The notes beneath the pieces were generated by a model. That model did not search any database. It saw nothing but the letters and a program-made list of their open reading frames with translations, and had not been told where the DNA came from. Below, piece by piece: positions 42,611 through 52,980 of a stretch of 64,000 nucleotides of DNA. Each line of letters opens with the position of its first letter. The stretch's first letter is position 1. Origin of the DNA: Hyphomicrobium sp. (lineage in GTDB: Bacteria; Pseudomonadota; Alphaproteobacteria; Rhizobiales; Hyphomicrobiaceae); assembly GCF_009026145.1 (NCBI RefSeq), contig NZ_WBUE01000011.1, forward strand, positions 40,118 to 104,117, written 5' to 3'. Both the position numbers and the translations under genes were made by a program.

Positions 42611-43447
42611 ATGACGAAAGAAAAGCGCATGGAACCGCCGCGCCTGAGCCTGGTCCCATCCGGCCGGGAGAGCAACGACAACGGGCGCGACGAAGCGGGC
42701 GATGAGCCGCTGCGCGCCGGCGCGCTGCCACGCAATGTCGCCGCGCTTCCCTTTGCCGATCACCGCGCGAAACTGCGCATCCTCGAGGCCCTGTTGTTCG
42801 CCGCCGCCGAGCCTCTCGACGAGGCCAAGCTGGCGAGCCACCTCGCCGAAGGCGAGGACATCGGCGTGCTCATCGAGGAGCTGCGCGCGTTCTATGCTGG
42901 GCGCGGCGTCAATCTCGTGCGCGTCGCCGGCAAATGGGCCTTCCGCACCGCCGAGGATCTCGCCTACCTGCTCGAACGCTATGCGACGCAGGAGCGGCGC
43001 CTGTCGAAGGCGGCGCTGGAGACGCTGTCGATCGTCGCCTACCACCAGCCGGTGACGCGCGCCGAGATCGAGGAGGTCCGCGGCGTGACGACCTCGGCCG
43101 GCACGCTCGACATTCTCCTGGAAACGGGATGGGTGCGCCTGCGCGGGCGCCGGCGCGCGCCGGGCCGTCCCGTTACCTATGGCACCACCGACGCCTTTCT
43201 CAGCCACTTCGGGCTCGAAAGCATCAAGGACCTGCCAGGTCTCGCCGAGCTGCGCGCTTCCGGTTTGCTCGACGGCAACCTGCCGCCCGACTTTGCCGTG
43301 CCGGAGCCGGCCGACGTGGCTGCCCTGATGCCCGACGAAATGCCGCTCGAGGCGGGCGAGGGCGACGATGATGAGCCTGCCGATGACGGCGAGGAGCGGG
43401 CGGACGACGATAGCTTGCCCCCGAGCGGGGAGCCCGATAAGTCGTGA
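42611..43447 (+). CDS. scpB: Segregation and condensation protein B
   Basis: LEALLFAA.EPL, LSKAALETLSIVAYHQPVTRAEIEEVRGV, PGRP.TYGTT..FL.HFGL. Confidence 0.94.
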   Translation: MTKEKRMEPPRLSLVPSGRESNDNGRDEAGDEPLRAGALPRNVAALPFADHRAKLRILEALLFAAAEPLDEAKLASHLAEGEDIGVLIEELRAFYAGRGVNLVRVAGKWAFRTAEDLAYLLERYATQERRLSKAALETLSIVAYHQPVTRAEIEEVRGVTTSAGTLDILLETGWVRLRGRRRAPGRPVTYGTTDAFLSHFGLESIKDLPGLAELRASGLLDGNLPPDFAVPEPADVAALMPDEMPLEAGEGDDDEPADDGEERADDDSLPPSGEPDKS

Positions 43448-43456
43448 CGCCGGACG

Positions 43457-44620
43457 TTGCCGCGTAATCAAGGTGCCCGTCAGTTGCCGTTGTTCTCCGA
43501 AGTGCCCCCATCACCCGCCGCCGACAATGGCGTTGCCAGTGGCAACGGCAAGGGCCGCGCTGCGGCCACCTTCGCCGCCCGTCTCACCTTCGAGAACGTC
43601 ACCCGTGACTACGATGCGACGCAGGCGCTGGCCGGCGTCGACCTCGACATCGCGCCGGCGGAGATCGTCTGCCTCCTCGGTCCCTCGGGCTGCGGGAAGA
43701 CGACGCTGCTGCGCATCGCGGCCGGCATCGAGAAGCCGACCGCTGGCCGTGTGTTGATCAACGGGCTGGAAGTGGCTGGGCCAGCCCGGTTCGTCGCGCC
43801 GGAGGATCGCGGCGTCGGCCTGATGTTCCAGGACTTCGCGCTGTTCCCGCACCTCACCATCCTTGGCAATGTCGCCTTCGGTCTCAAGGCGCTGCCCAAG
43901 GCGGAGGCGCGGCGCGAGGCGCTCGCCGCCCTGAAGCGGGTGGGGCTCGCCCACCTTGCCGACGCGTACCCGCACATCCTCTCCGGCGGTCAGCAGCAGC
44001 GCGTGGCGCTGGCGCGCGCCATCGTTCCGCGTCCGGCCGTGATGCTCATGGACGAGCCGTTCTCCGGGCTCGACGTGCAGCTGCGCGATGCCATGCAGGA
44101 GGAGACGCTGTCGCTATTGCGCGAGACGCGCGCGACGTCGGTCATCGTCACGCACAACCCCGAGGAGGCGATGCGCATCGGCGACCGTATCGCGGTGATG
44201 CGCGCCGGGCGCCTCGTGCAGGCCGGCAGCGCCGAGGCGCTCTACCATGAGCCGGCCGACCTGTTCGTGGCGCGCCTCTTTTCGGAGATCAACGAGATCG
44301 GCTACCGGGTGGGCAGCGCCGGCATCGACACCCCGATCGGCGTGTTGAGGGCACCGAGCCTCGCCGCCGGCACTCGGGCCACGGTGTGCATCCGCGAGCG
44401 CGGCGTGCACCTGTCACGCAACGGCGCGGGCCTTTCGGGGCGCGTTCTCGACGTGAAGTTTCTCGGCGATGTCGCCCGCCTGGAGGTGGGCGTCGAGGGC
44501 TTCGATAAGGCCCTGAAAGTGCGTGCGCGCGAGAGCGAGGGTTGGGCACGCGGCGACGAGGTGCGCGCGCAAATCGACCCCGCAAGCGCGCTCGTATTCC
44601 CTGACGAAAGTCAAAAGTGA
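43457..44620 (+). CDS. ABC transporter ATP-binding protein (FbpC/PotA-like, TOBE domain)
   Basis: GPSGCGKT, FQDFALFPH, LSGGQQQR, MDEPF. Confidence 0.9.
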   Translation: MPRNQGARQLPLFSEVPPSPAADNGVASGNGKGRAAATFAARLTFENVTRDYDATQALAGVDLDIAPAEIVCLLGPSGCGKTTLLRIAAGIEKPTAGRVLINGLEVAGPARFVAPEDRGVGLMFQDFALFPHLTILGNVAFGLKALPKAEARREALAALKRVGLAHLADAYPHILSGGQQQRVALARAIVPRPAVMLMDEPFSGLDVQLRDAMQEETLSLLRETRATSVIVTHNPEEAMRIGDRIAVMRAGRLVQAGSAEALYHEPADLFVARLFSEINEIGYRVGSAGIDTPIGVLRAPSLAAGTRATVCIRERGVHLSRNGAGLSGRVLDVKFLGDVARLEVGVEGFDKALKVRARESEGWARGDEVRAQIDPASALVFPDESQK

Positions 44621-44765
44621 AGCTTTCGTAATATGTTAGCCCTAGTGCGTAGGTTTGGCGCCCTTGCGGGGCCATATGCTTTCTGCGATACCAGTTACCG
44701 AAATAGCAACGCCTTGGTGACGGGACCGTTGCGGTTTTCGCAACTCAAGGAAGGAGCGAACGACG

Positions 44766-45002
44766 ATGGGCTTGAGCGGCTGGCATTTGCTCATCCTCGC
44801 GCTTGTCGCGCTTCTAATTTTTGGCGGCAGCGGGCGTATCTCGTCCATCATGGGCGATATGGCCAAGGGCATCAAAAGCTTCAAAAAGGGCTTGTCCGAG
44901 GACGACGACACGGACAAGCCCGAGGCGCGTCCGATCGAGCCACGCGTCATCGACCAGCGCCCGGTGAAGTCGTCCGAGCGCGACACCACCAAGACGGGCT
45001 AG
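44766..45002 (+). CDS. tatA: Twin-arginine translocase TatA
   Basis: [15 protein letters not shown]...[14 protein letters not shown]. Confidence 0.92.
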   Translation: MGLSGWHLLILALVALLIFGGSGRISSIMGDMAKGIKSFKKGLSEDDDTDKPEARPIEPRVIDQRPVKSSERDTTKTG

Positions 45003-45079
45003 TTGGCGGTGCGGCGCGCGCGGTGCCGCGGCGCCTGGCGCTCGCATTGCCTTGAGCGCGTCGGTAATCGGAACGACGC

Positions 45080-45487
45080 ATGTTCGACATTACCTCCAGC
45101 AAACTGCTCATCCTCGCCATCGTGGCGCTGATCGTCGTCGGGCCGAAGGACCTGCCGATCCTGTTGCGCACCGTCGGCAAGTACCTCGGCGTGATCCGCC
45201 GGCAGGCGGCGGAGTTTCGCAGCCAGTTCGACGAGGCAATGCGCGAAGCCGAGCTCGACCAGCTGAAAAAGGAGTTCGAGAACGTCAGCCGCGAGGTGCA
45301 CGCGACGATGGACGAGGGCTCGCGCCTCGTCGATAGCCAGATCGCGGCGGCACGCATCGAGGATCAGACGCCGAGATTCGGGCTTGGTGCTCCGCCCACG
45401 TCAGGGCCCGACAACACGCCCGCCGAGGTCGCGGGCGATGCGAAGGCGCCCGAGCCGACGCGTGAGCCGGGTAGGGGAGCGGCATGA
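45080..45487 (+). CDS. tatB: Twin-arginine translocase TatB
   Basis: MFDI...ALIVVGPKDLP. Confidence 0.92.
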   Translation: MFDITSSKLLILAIVALIVVGPKDLPILLRTVGKYLGVIRRQAAEFRSQFDEAMREAELDQLKKEFENVSREVHATMDEGSRLVDSQIAAARIEDQTPRFGLGAPPTSGPDNTPAEVAGDAKAPEPTREPGRGAA

Positions 45488-46290
45488 CCGACGTCGCCGA
45501 GCGGCCCGATGAGCGGCCTGGGCAGGACGAGATCGACGCCTCGAAGGCTCCATTGCTCGAACACCTCGTCGAGCTGCGGTCCCGGCTGATCTATTCGCTC
45601 ATCGCCATCGGCATCGCCTTCGCGCTCTGCTTCGTCTTCGCCAAGCAGATCTACAACATTCTCGTATTGCCCTATCAGTGGGCGCACGGCGGCACCGAGC
45701 CGATCGAGATGATCTACACGGCGCCGCAGGAGTTCCTGTTCACGCAGATGAAGCTCGCCCTGTTCGGCGCCTTCTGCATCTCGTTCCCCATCGTCGCCGC
45801 GCAGATCTACAAGTTCGTCGCGCCCGGCCTGTACAAGAACGAGCGGCGCGCCTTCCTGCCGTACCTCATCGCGACGCCGGTGCTGTTCTTGCTCGGCGCG
45901 CTGCTCGTCTACTTCCTCGTCATGCCCATGGCGATGCGCTTCTTCCTGTCGATGCAGCAGACGGGAGGGCCGGTGGAGATTCACCTGCAGGCGCGCGTGT
46001 CGGAATACCTGGCGCTGATCATGAACCTGATCATCGGCTTCGGCATCTGCTTTCAGCTGCCCGTGGCGCTTACGCTGCTCGCCAGAGCCGGCCTCGTCAC
46101 CGCGGAGACGCTCAAGAAGGGGCGGCGCTACGCCATCCTCGGCATCACCGCGGTGGCGGCGGTGCTATCGCCTCCCGACCCGTTCAGCATGCTGGCCATG
46201 ATGCTGCCGACAATCGGGCTGTATGAGCTGTCGATCTGGGCGGTGGAGCGCGTCGCCCGCCAGCAGGCCGCCAAGCAGGCTCAGACCTAG
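45484..46290 (+). CDS. tatC: Twin-arginine translocase TatC
   Basis: PLLEHLVELRSRL, FVAPGLYKNE, FQLP, SPPDP. Confidence 0.95.
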   Translation: MTDVAERPDERPGQDEIDASKAPLLEHLVELRSRLIYSLIAIGIAFALCFVFAKQIYNILVLPYQWAHGGTEPIEMIYTAPQEFLFTQMKLALFGAFCISFPIVAAQIYKFVAPGLYKNERRAFLPYLIATPVLFLLGALLVYFLVMPMAMRFFLSMQQTGGPVEIHLQARVSEYLALIMNLIIGFGICFQLPVALTLLARAGLVTAETLKKGRRYAILGITAVAAVLSPPDPFSMLAMMLPTIGLYELSIWAVERVARQQAAKQAQT

Positions 46291-46598
46291 CTCGCGAGCC
46301 TCAGCGGTTTCATTTTCGATGTGTCGACTTTCCGCTCGGCGTGCCAGAGGTCGTAGGCCGTCTGCATGTTGAGCCAGGACGTGGCTGTGGTTTCGAACAC
46401 CGCGCCTAGGCGAACCGCCATGGCTGGCGTCACCGGCTGTCTTTCGGCGAGGATATCGTAGAGCGACTGCCGCGAGATGCCGAGCGTGCGCGCCAGCTCG
46501 GTCTTCGGCATCGGCAACGCCGGTAGCACGATCTCCCGCAAGAAGGCGCCCGGGTGTGTCGGGCAGCGACTATCGGCTCTCTTCGGCACTCCGGCCAT
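46287..46598 (-). CDS. higA: HigA family antitoxin (HTH), orphan
   Basis: PTHPGAFLRE...ELARTLGISRQ...VTPAMAVRL...WLNMQTAYDL. Confidence 0.85.
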   Translation of the reverse strand: MAGVPKRADSRCPTHPGAFLREIVLPALPMPKTELARTLGISRQSLYDILAERQPVTPAMAVRLGAVFETTATSWLNMQTAYDLWHAERKVDTSKMKPLRLAS

Positions 46599-46707
46599 CT
46601 CAGTTCCTCGTAACGCTTAACAACCTCGGTGCGGCTAGTGATAGTCTGGACCATCCCCGGCGCGCCCACTATACCGTCCGCGACGATCTAATAGACCCCA
46701 GTATTTT

Positions 46708-46828
46708 CGTCATGGCCGCGCAGGCGGCCATCCACGCCAGTCTCCACCTCCGCTTCGCACGAGATGCAAAGTCTCGCAGCGGCAACCTGTTGAGGCTTGC
46801 ATGGATCCCGGCCTTCGCGGGGATGACG
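46708..46828. repeat. REP-like inverted pair (GTCAT...ATCCA type)
   Basis: CGTCATGGCCGCGCAGGCGGCCATCCA, with an inverted copy reading CGTCATCCCCGCGAAGGCCGGGATCCA on the minus strand. Confidence 0.75.
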
Positions 46829-46835
46829 GTATTGA

Positions 46836-48233
<1,398 letters not shown>

Positions 48234-48268
48234 TGCTGTGGAGCGAGAAGTGGGCCGCACTCTTCTTC

Positions 48269-48401
48269 ACCCTCCCCTCGATGGGGAGGGTAGTCGCCGG
48301 CTTGCCGGTGACCGGGTGGGGTGATGAGCTTGGGGTGATGCAAGCCGCGTTACTCCCGGTCGATCCCCCCACCCCTAGCCCCTCCCCACTAGGGGGAGGG
48401 G
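48269..48401. repeat. CCCTCCCC/GGGGAGGG double-hairpin palindromic element
   Basis: ACCCTCCCC-tcgat-GGGGAGGGT ... GGGTGGGG ... CCCCACCC ... CCCCTCCCC-actag-GGGGAGGGG. Confidence 0.75.
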
Positions 48402-48432
48402 AACCCGACTGCGAGCTGGGTGGCGTTTGAAC

Positions 48433-49233
48433 ATGCGTATTCTGGTCACCAACGACGATGGCATCGGCGCGGAGGGCATGGACATCCTGCGTCGCATCGC
48501 CGAGGAGCTGACCTCCGACGTCTGGGTCGTGGCCCCGGAAAAGAACCAGTCCGGCGCCTCGCACTCGATGACGCTGCACGAGCCGCTGCGCGTGCGGCAG
48601 ACGAACGAGCGCACCTTCGTCCTCCGCGGCACGCCGACCGACTGCGTGATCATGGCCGTGCGCCACTTTCTCATCGACCATCCGCCCGATCTCGTGCTCT
48701 CGGGCATCAACCACGGCTCCAACCTGGCCGAGGACGTGACCTATTCGGGCACCGTGGCCGCCGCCATCGAAGGCACCATGCTCGGGATCCGCTCCATCGC
48801 CATGAGCCAGGTCGGCGGCTCGCTGGAGGAAGGCAAGATCCACTGGGAGACGCCGCTCAATCACGGCCCGGGGTTGCTGGCGCGGCTGTTGGAGGCGGGC
48901 TGGCCGAAGGACATCGTCGTCAACATAAACTACCCGCCGTGCCCGCCCGAGGCGGTCACCGGCATCGAGGTGACGCGCCAGGGGCGGCGCGACCAGGCCT
49001 CGCTGTGCATCGATCAGCGCTCAGATCCGTGGGGCATGCCGTACTTCTGGTTCAACTTCGAGCGCCCGCCCTCGACCATGGTCGCTGGAACCGACCTTGC
49101 CGCCATCGACGCACGCCGCATTTCGGTGACGCCGCTGTGCCTCAACCTGACGCACGAGACGACGTGCCGGTCGCTGGCGCGCGCTTTCGATCCGGCGGCC
49201 GATCGCAAGCGCGCCGCCGGCGGCGACTTGTGA
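48433..49233 (+). CDS. surE: 5'/3'-nucleotidase SurE
   Basis: MRILVTNDDGI, GTPTDCV, SGINHGSN, YSGTVAAA. Confidence 0.95.
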   Translation: MRILVTNDDGIGAEGMDILRRIAEELTSDVWVVAPEKNQSGASHSMTLHEPLRVRQTNERTFVLRGTPTDCVIMAVRHFLIDHPPDLVLSGINHGSNLAEDVTYSGTVAAAIEGTMLGIRSIAMSQVGGSLEEGKIHWETPLNHGPGLLARLLEAGWPKDIVVNINYPPCPPEAVTGIEVTRQGRRDQASLCIDQRSDPWGMPYFWFNFERPPSTMVAGTDLAAIDARRISVTPLCLNLTHETTCRSLARAFDPAADRKRAAGGDL

Positions 49234-49392
49234 GCGGTTTGCCATCGCGGCGCCGCGATGTCGTCGCCGCAACGTCCTTAACAAAGCACAATGGGCGCCT
49301 AGCTTAGCCCTTGATGCAGGACGCGTCGGCGCTCCTGACGACGTCCGGCGAGCACTACGAAAATGCGATTTCAAACGGCCCTGCTGCCCCCG

Positions 49393-49408
49393 TTAAGGGA
49401 CCATTAAC
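49393..49408. promoter_or_regulatory. CtrA binding site
   Basis: TTAA-GGGACCA-TTAAC, an exact TTAA-N7-TTAAC, with two more TTAA just downstream. Confidence 0.7.
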
Positions 49409-49450
49409 CCCTTAAGGATTAATGGAAGGTTGGCAGTAAAGGTGCGTATC

Positions 49451-50920
49451 ATGATGCGTTTTATGCGTTTCAAAAGCCGCCGAGCGTCGATCGCCCAGCC
49501 AGCGGGCCGCGCCGCCGCCGTTCTCCTCGCCAGCCTCGCCGGGGGATGCAGCGCCTCCATTTCGGGCTTCGATTTCCCGAGCTTCAGCCTCAACGACGAC
49601 CCCAAGCCGCAGCAGACGGCGTCAGCATCGAGCCGCGGCAGCCCGAGCTATCTCGGCAACGACGGCTATGGCAGCGGGGGCAGCTACAACGCGCCACGCA
49701 CCTACCGCGAGGGCAGCGTCAGCACGCAGAGCCTGCCTGACGCTACCCCGTCTTCCGGGTATCCGGGCTATTCCGGCGGCCGCACCGGCTCCAACACCTA
49801 TGCCGCCAAAAACTACGCAAATAACGGGCGCTACGATTCCCCGCCGGCGAACTCGTATACGGCAAGCGGGCGTTACGGCACCGTGCCGCCGGCGACAACC
49901 GCCTCGACCAACCGCTACGATCCACAGCCGACGCCGTCGATGGCGAGCCCCGGCGACACCATCGAGGTGCAGGCGGGCGACACGCTCTACGGCCTGTCGC
50001 GGCGCCATAACGTGTCGGTCGCCGAGCTGATGCAGCTCAACAGCCTGTCGAGCCCCAATCTGCAGCTCGGCCAGAAGCTCTACCTGCCGCAGGGCGTGGC
50101 CGCCAACCGCTCGCCGGCGCCGCGGCCGATGCAGACCGCCAGCGTGCAGCCGCCTCCGCCGCCGGCCGATCTCGCAGCCAAGTATCGCGGCTCCTACACC
50201 GTTCGCCCCGGTGATTCCATTTACGGCATCTCGCGCTCGTACGGCGTGGCGGTCGCTGAGCTACAGCAGGCCAACGGCATCACCGACGCGCGCGGCATCA
50301 AGGCCGGCGCCGTGCTGCGCGTGCCGGGCGGGAGCGCCGATGCCCCCGCGCAGCAGATTGGCGTGGCACCGCCAGCGTCCTATCAGAGCAACATCCCCTC
50401 GACGCACCAGCCGACCATCATCAACGGCCCCAGCAATAGCCAAGCCGGCAATACCCAGTACACGCAGGTGGCGACACGCAACACCAACGACGTTGCGACC
50501 GGTGCCGTGAGCCCGCCGCCGCGCCAGTCATCGTCGGGCAGCGACAAGCTTCGCTGGCCGGTGAGCGGGCGCATCATCACCGGCTTCGGGCAACGTAACG
50601 ACGGCACGCACAACGACGGCATCAACCTGTCGGTGCCGCTTGGCACGTCCGTGCATGCGGCCGAAGGCGGCACCGTCGCCTACGCCGGCTCGGAGCTGAA
50701 GGGTTACGGCAATCTGATCCTGCTGCGCCACGACAACGGCTGGGTCACGGCCTACGCTCACAACGACCAGCTGATGGTGAAGCGCGGCGACAAGGTGCAG
50801 CGCGGACAGGTGATCGCCACAGCCGGGCGCACCGGCTCCGTCGACCAGCCGCAGGTGCACTTCGAGCTGCGGCAGGGATCGAAGCCGGTCGATCCAGTGC
50901 CGTTCCTCGAGCGACTTTAG
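49451..50920 (+). CDS. LysM/M23 peptidase-domain lipoprotein (NlpD/DipM-like)
   Basis: Lipobox-like LAGGC, two LysM domains, M23 domain (LRWPVSG, NDGIN, AYAH, VHFELR). Confidence 0.9.
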   Translation: MMRFMRFKSRRASIAQPAGRAAAVLLASLAGGCSASISGFDFPSFSLNDDPKPQQTASASSRGSPSYLGNDGYGSGGSYNAPRTYREGSVSTQSLPDATPSSGYPGYSGGRTGSNTYAAKNYANNGRYDSPPANSYTASGRYGTVPPATTASTNRYDPQPTPSMASPGDTIEVQAGDTLYGLSRRHNVSVAELMQLNSLSSPNLQLGQKLYLPQGVAANRSPAPRPMQTASVQPPPPPADLAAKYRGSYTVRPGDSIYGISRSYGVAVAELQQANGITDARGIKAGAVLRVPGGSADAPAQQIGVAPPASYQSNIPSTHQPTIINGPSNSQAGNTQYTQVATRNTNDVATGAVSPPPRQSSSGSDKLRWPVSGRIITGFGQRNDGTHNDGINLSVPLGTSVHAAEGGTVAYAGSELKGYGNLILLRHDNGWVTAYAHNDQLMVKRGDKVQRGQVIATAGRTGSVDQPQVHFELRQGSKPVDPVPFLERL

Positions 50921-50947
50921 TTTTCGCGCAAGTGAGAGAGAGGGAAT

Positions 50948-50974
50948 GGTGTCAGACCTCGAGGGTCTGACACC
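50948..50974. repeat. REP-like hairpin or terminator
   Basis: GGTGTCAGACC-TCGAG-GGTCTGACACC between convergent genes. Confidence 0.7.
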
Positions 50975-51069
50975 GTTTGCGGCGCTTGTGGCCGTCTGAC
51001 CGGCATGGACCGGTGCCATCTTTAGATCAGAGTCGCGCGCACTGTTGAAGCGCGAAGATGCAGAGCTGC

Positions 51070-51422
51070 TCACGCTCCTTTGCCGAAGGCTTTGCGTAGC
51101 TCGTCCTTGGCGCGCTCGAGGACGAGCTTGCGCTTTTGCGTGAGATTGCGCCGGCGCGATTGACGTAGAACGTCAGCATCGACATCGCCGAGCGATACGG
51201 CTCCGACTTGCGCCGGCGGCTGCGCTCGGCCGAGCGCTTGAGCGAGGCGGCGATCTCCTTGGGATCATCGAGCGTGAACACGTCGGGCTCGAGATCCATC
51301 GCGTCGCTGTGCTCGGTGACCGCCTGCGACCATTTCTTAGGGCCGCACCGCACAGTGCTCCTCGGCGCGGATTTGCGCTTGGCGGCGGGGTTGGACTTTG
51401 TCTTGGCTTTGGTCGTGGCCAT
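51070..51422 (-). pseudogene. DUF3175 family protein, apparent frameshift near 51150
   Basis: KWSQAVTEHSDAMDLE...IAASLKRSAERS...SAMSMLTFYVNRAG. The expected tail NLTQKRKLVLERAKDELRKAFG is in the adjacent frame. May be a sequencing error. Confidence 0.7.
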
Positions 51423-51434
51423 GATAGGCCTCCG

Positions 51435-52289
51435 TCATTCACTCCCGATGCTGCAAAACAGCTCCAAACGCCTCCAAGTTCGGCTATTGGTGACACGCTG
51501 CATAAGCGCCATGGCGGCATGTGGCGCACGCACCTTGCCCTCGTGGATGAAGTAGACGAACGCATCCCGCGGCTTCTTGGGCGGTTTGTAGTCTGCATCG
51601 ATGAGCGGCAGGTCGGCGGGCACGCCGCCCTCGGCCCACGCCTTGAACCGCTTGGCCCAGGCATCGAGCGCCTTGGGGGCATACCCGGTCTTCACCTCGT
51701 CCTGGCCCTTCTGCAGGCGCGCGTAGATGAAATCACCGGTTATGTCGGCGATCGCCGGATAAGTCGCATGCTCGGCGAACACGACGGGCACCGCCTGCTC
51801 GCGCGTCAGCTTGATGAACTCCGGCGTGCAGAAGCTGTCGTGCCGCACCTCTACGACGTGGCGCAGCTTGCGCCCGTCGACCTTCTCCGGCAGCAGGGCC
51901 AGGAAGGCGGCGAAGTCGCCGGCGTCGAATTTCTTGGTTGGCGCAAACTGCCACAGCATCGGCCCGAGCTTGTCGCCGAGCTCCAAGGGCCCGGAATCGA
52001 TGAAGCGCTTGATGCTATCGCCCGCCTCGGCGAGCACGCGGCGATTGACGGCGTAGCGCGGGCCCTTGAGCGCGAACACGAATCCGTCCGGGGTCTCGCT
52101 CGCCCACTTGGCGAACGTCTCCGGCGTCTGCGTGCGATAGAACGTGCCATTGACCTCGATGGTCGGCACGTGCTCGGCCGCGTAGGCGAGCTCCCTCGCG
52201 TGCGGCAGCTTGTCGGGATAGAACGTGCCGCGCCACGGCTCGAACGTCCAGCCGCCCATGCCGGCCCGGATGGCTCCCCGCTTCGTCAT
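51435..52289 (-). CDS. DUF72 family protein
   Basis: GMGGW, IEVNGTFY, KLGPMLWQF, VEVRHDSF, YARL. Confidence 0.9.
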   Translation of the reverse strand: MTKRGAIRAGMGGWTFEPWRGTFYPDKLPHARELAYAAEHVPTIEVNGTFYRTQTPETFAKWASETPDGFVFALKGPRYAVNRRVLAEAGDSIKRFIDSGPLELGDKLGPMLWQFAPTKKFDAGDFAAFLALLPEKVDGRKLRHVVEVRHDSFCTPEFIKLTREQAVPVVFAEHATYPAIADITGDFIYARLQKGQDEVKTGYAPKALDAWAKRFKAWAEGGVPADLPLIDADYKPPKKPRDAFVYFIHEGKVRAPHAAMALMQRVTNSRTWRRLELFCSIGSE

Positions 52290-52485
52290 GTGGACCTCTT
52301 GTCATGCAGCCGCGGCGACGGTGGCAACCGCGCGGCGCTCGGTCAAGCCGTGGCTCGCCGGCGATAGGAGCATTTCGAGGCGAATCCGCCGCTGTCGCGA
52401 AACCGGCCGACAACCGCGAGCCCTTGATTGATATGCAGCGAGTGGCCGTGAGCCTCGCCTGCAGCCTCCACTTGAGGAATGGAAC

Positions 52486-52980
52486 ATGATCCCACATATG
52501 AGCTCCCCCGCGAAACGACCTGCTACCAAGCGTCAGTCGCACAAGGCGGCGCACGCATCGAGCCCTGTCATCGATTCCAATAAGCTCGAACGTATCAAGG
52601 TCAGCAGCGTCGACGACAAGAAGGTCGATTGGCACGCGTCGTTCGCAAGCTGCGGCGGCAACCATGCCGATCAGTCCTCGACCATCGTCTACGAGATCCC
52701 GCCAGGAGGCCATCTCGGCTGGCATACGGATGCGACCGAGGAGACGCAGTACATCATCTCCGGCAAGGGCGAGCTGCACATGGAGGACGGGAACTATCCC
52801 GTCGGGCCCGGCAGCGTGTTCGTGCTGCCGACCAATGTGCGCCACGACCTCGCCAATACCGGCAAGGAGACGCTGCGCGCCGTCGCCTTCTTCTCCGCCG
52901 CAATGTTCACGCAGGACTTCGACGCCATCATGCTGCCGCCGAAGTCGCACATCCTTGGCACGCCCAATCGCAACGGCTAG
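52486..52980 (+). CDS. Cupin domain protein
   Basis: PGGHLGWHTDATEETQYIISGKG...PTNVRHDLAN. Confidence 0.85.
   Translation: MIPHMSSPAKRPATKRQSHKAAHASSPVIDSNKLERIKVSSVDDKKVDWHASFASCGGNHADQSSTIVYEIPPGGHLGWHTDATEETQYIISGKGELHMEDGNYPVGPGSVFVLPTNVRHDLANTGKETLRAVAFFSAAMFTQDFDAIMLPPKSHILGTPNRNG

Noticed and set aside
43457-44620. Orphan ABC ATPase as a novelty
   Set aside because: As I recall, this gene commonly sits between scpB and tatA in Hyphomicrobiales, with partners encoded elsewhere.
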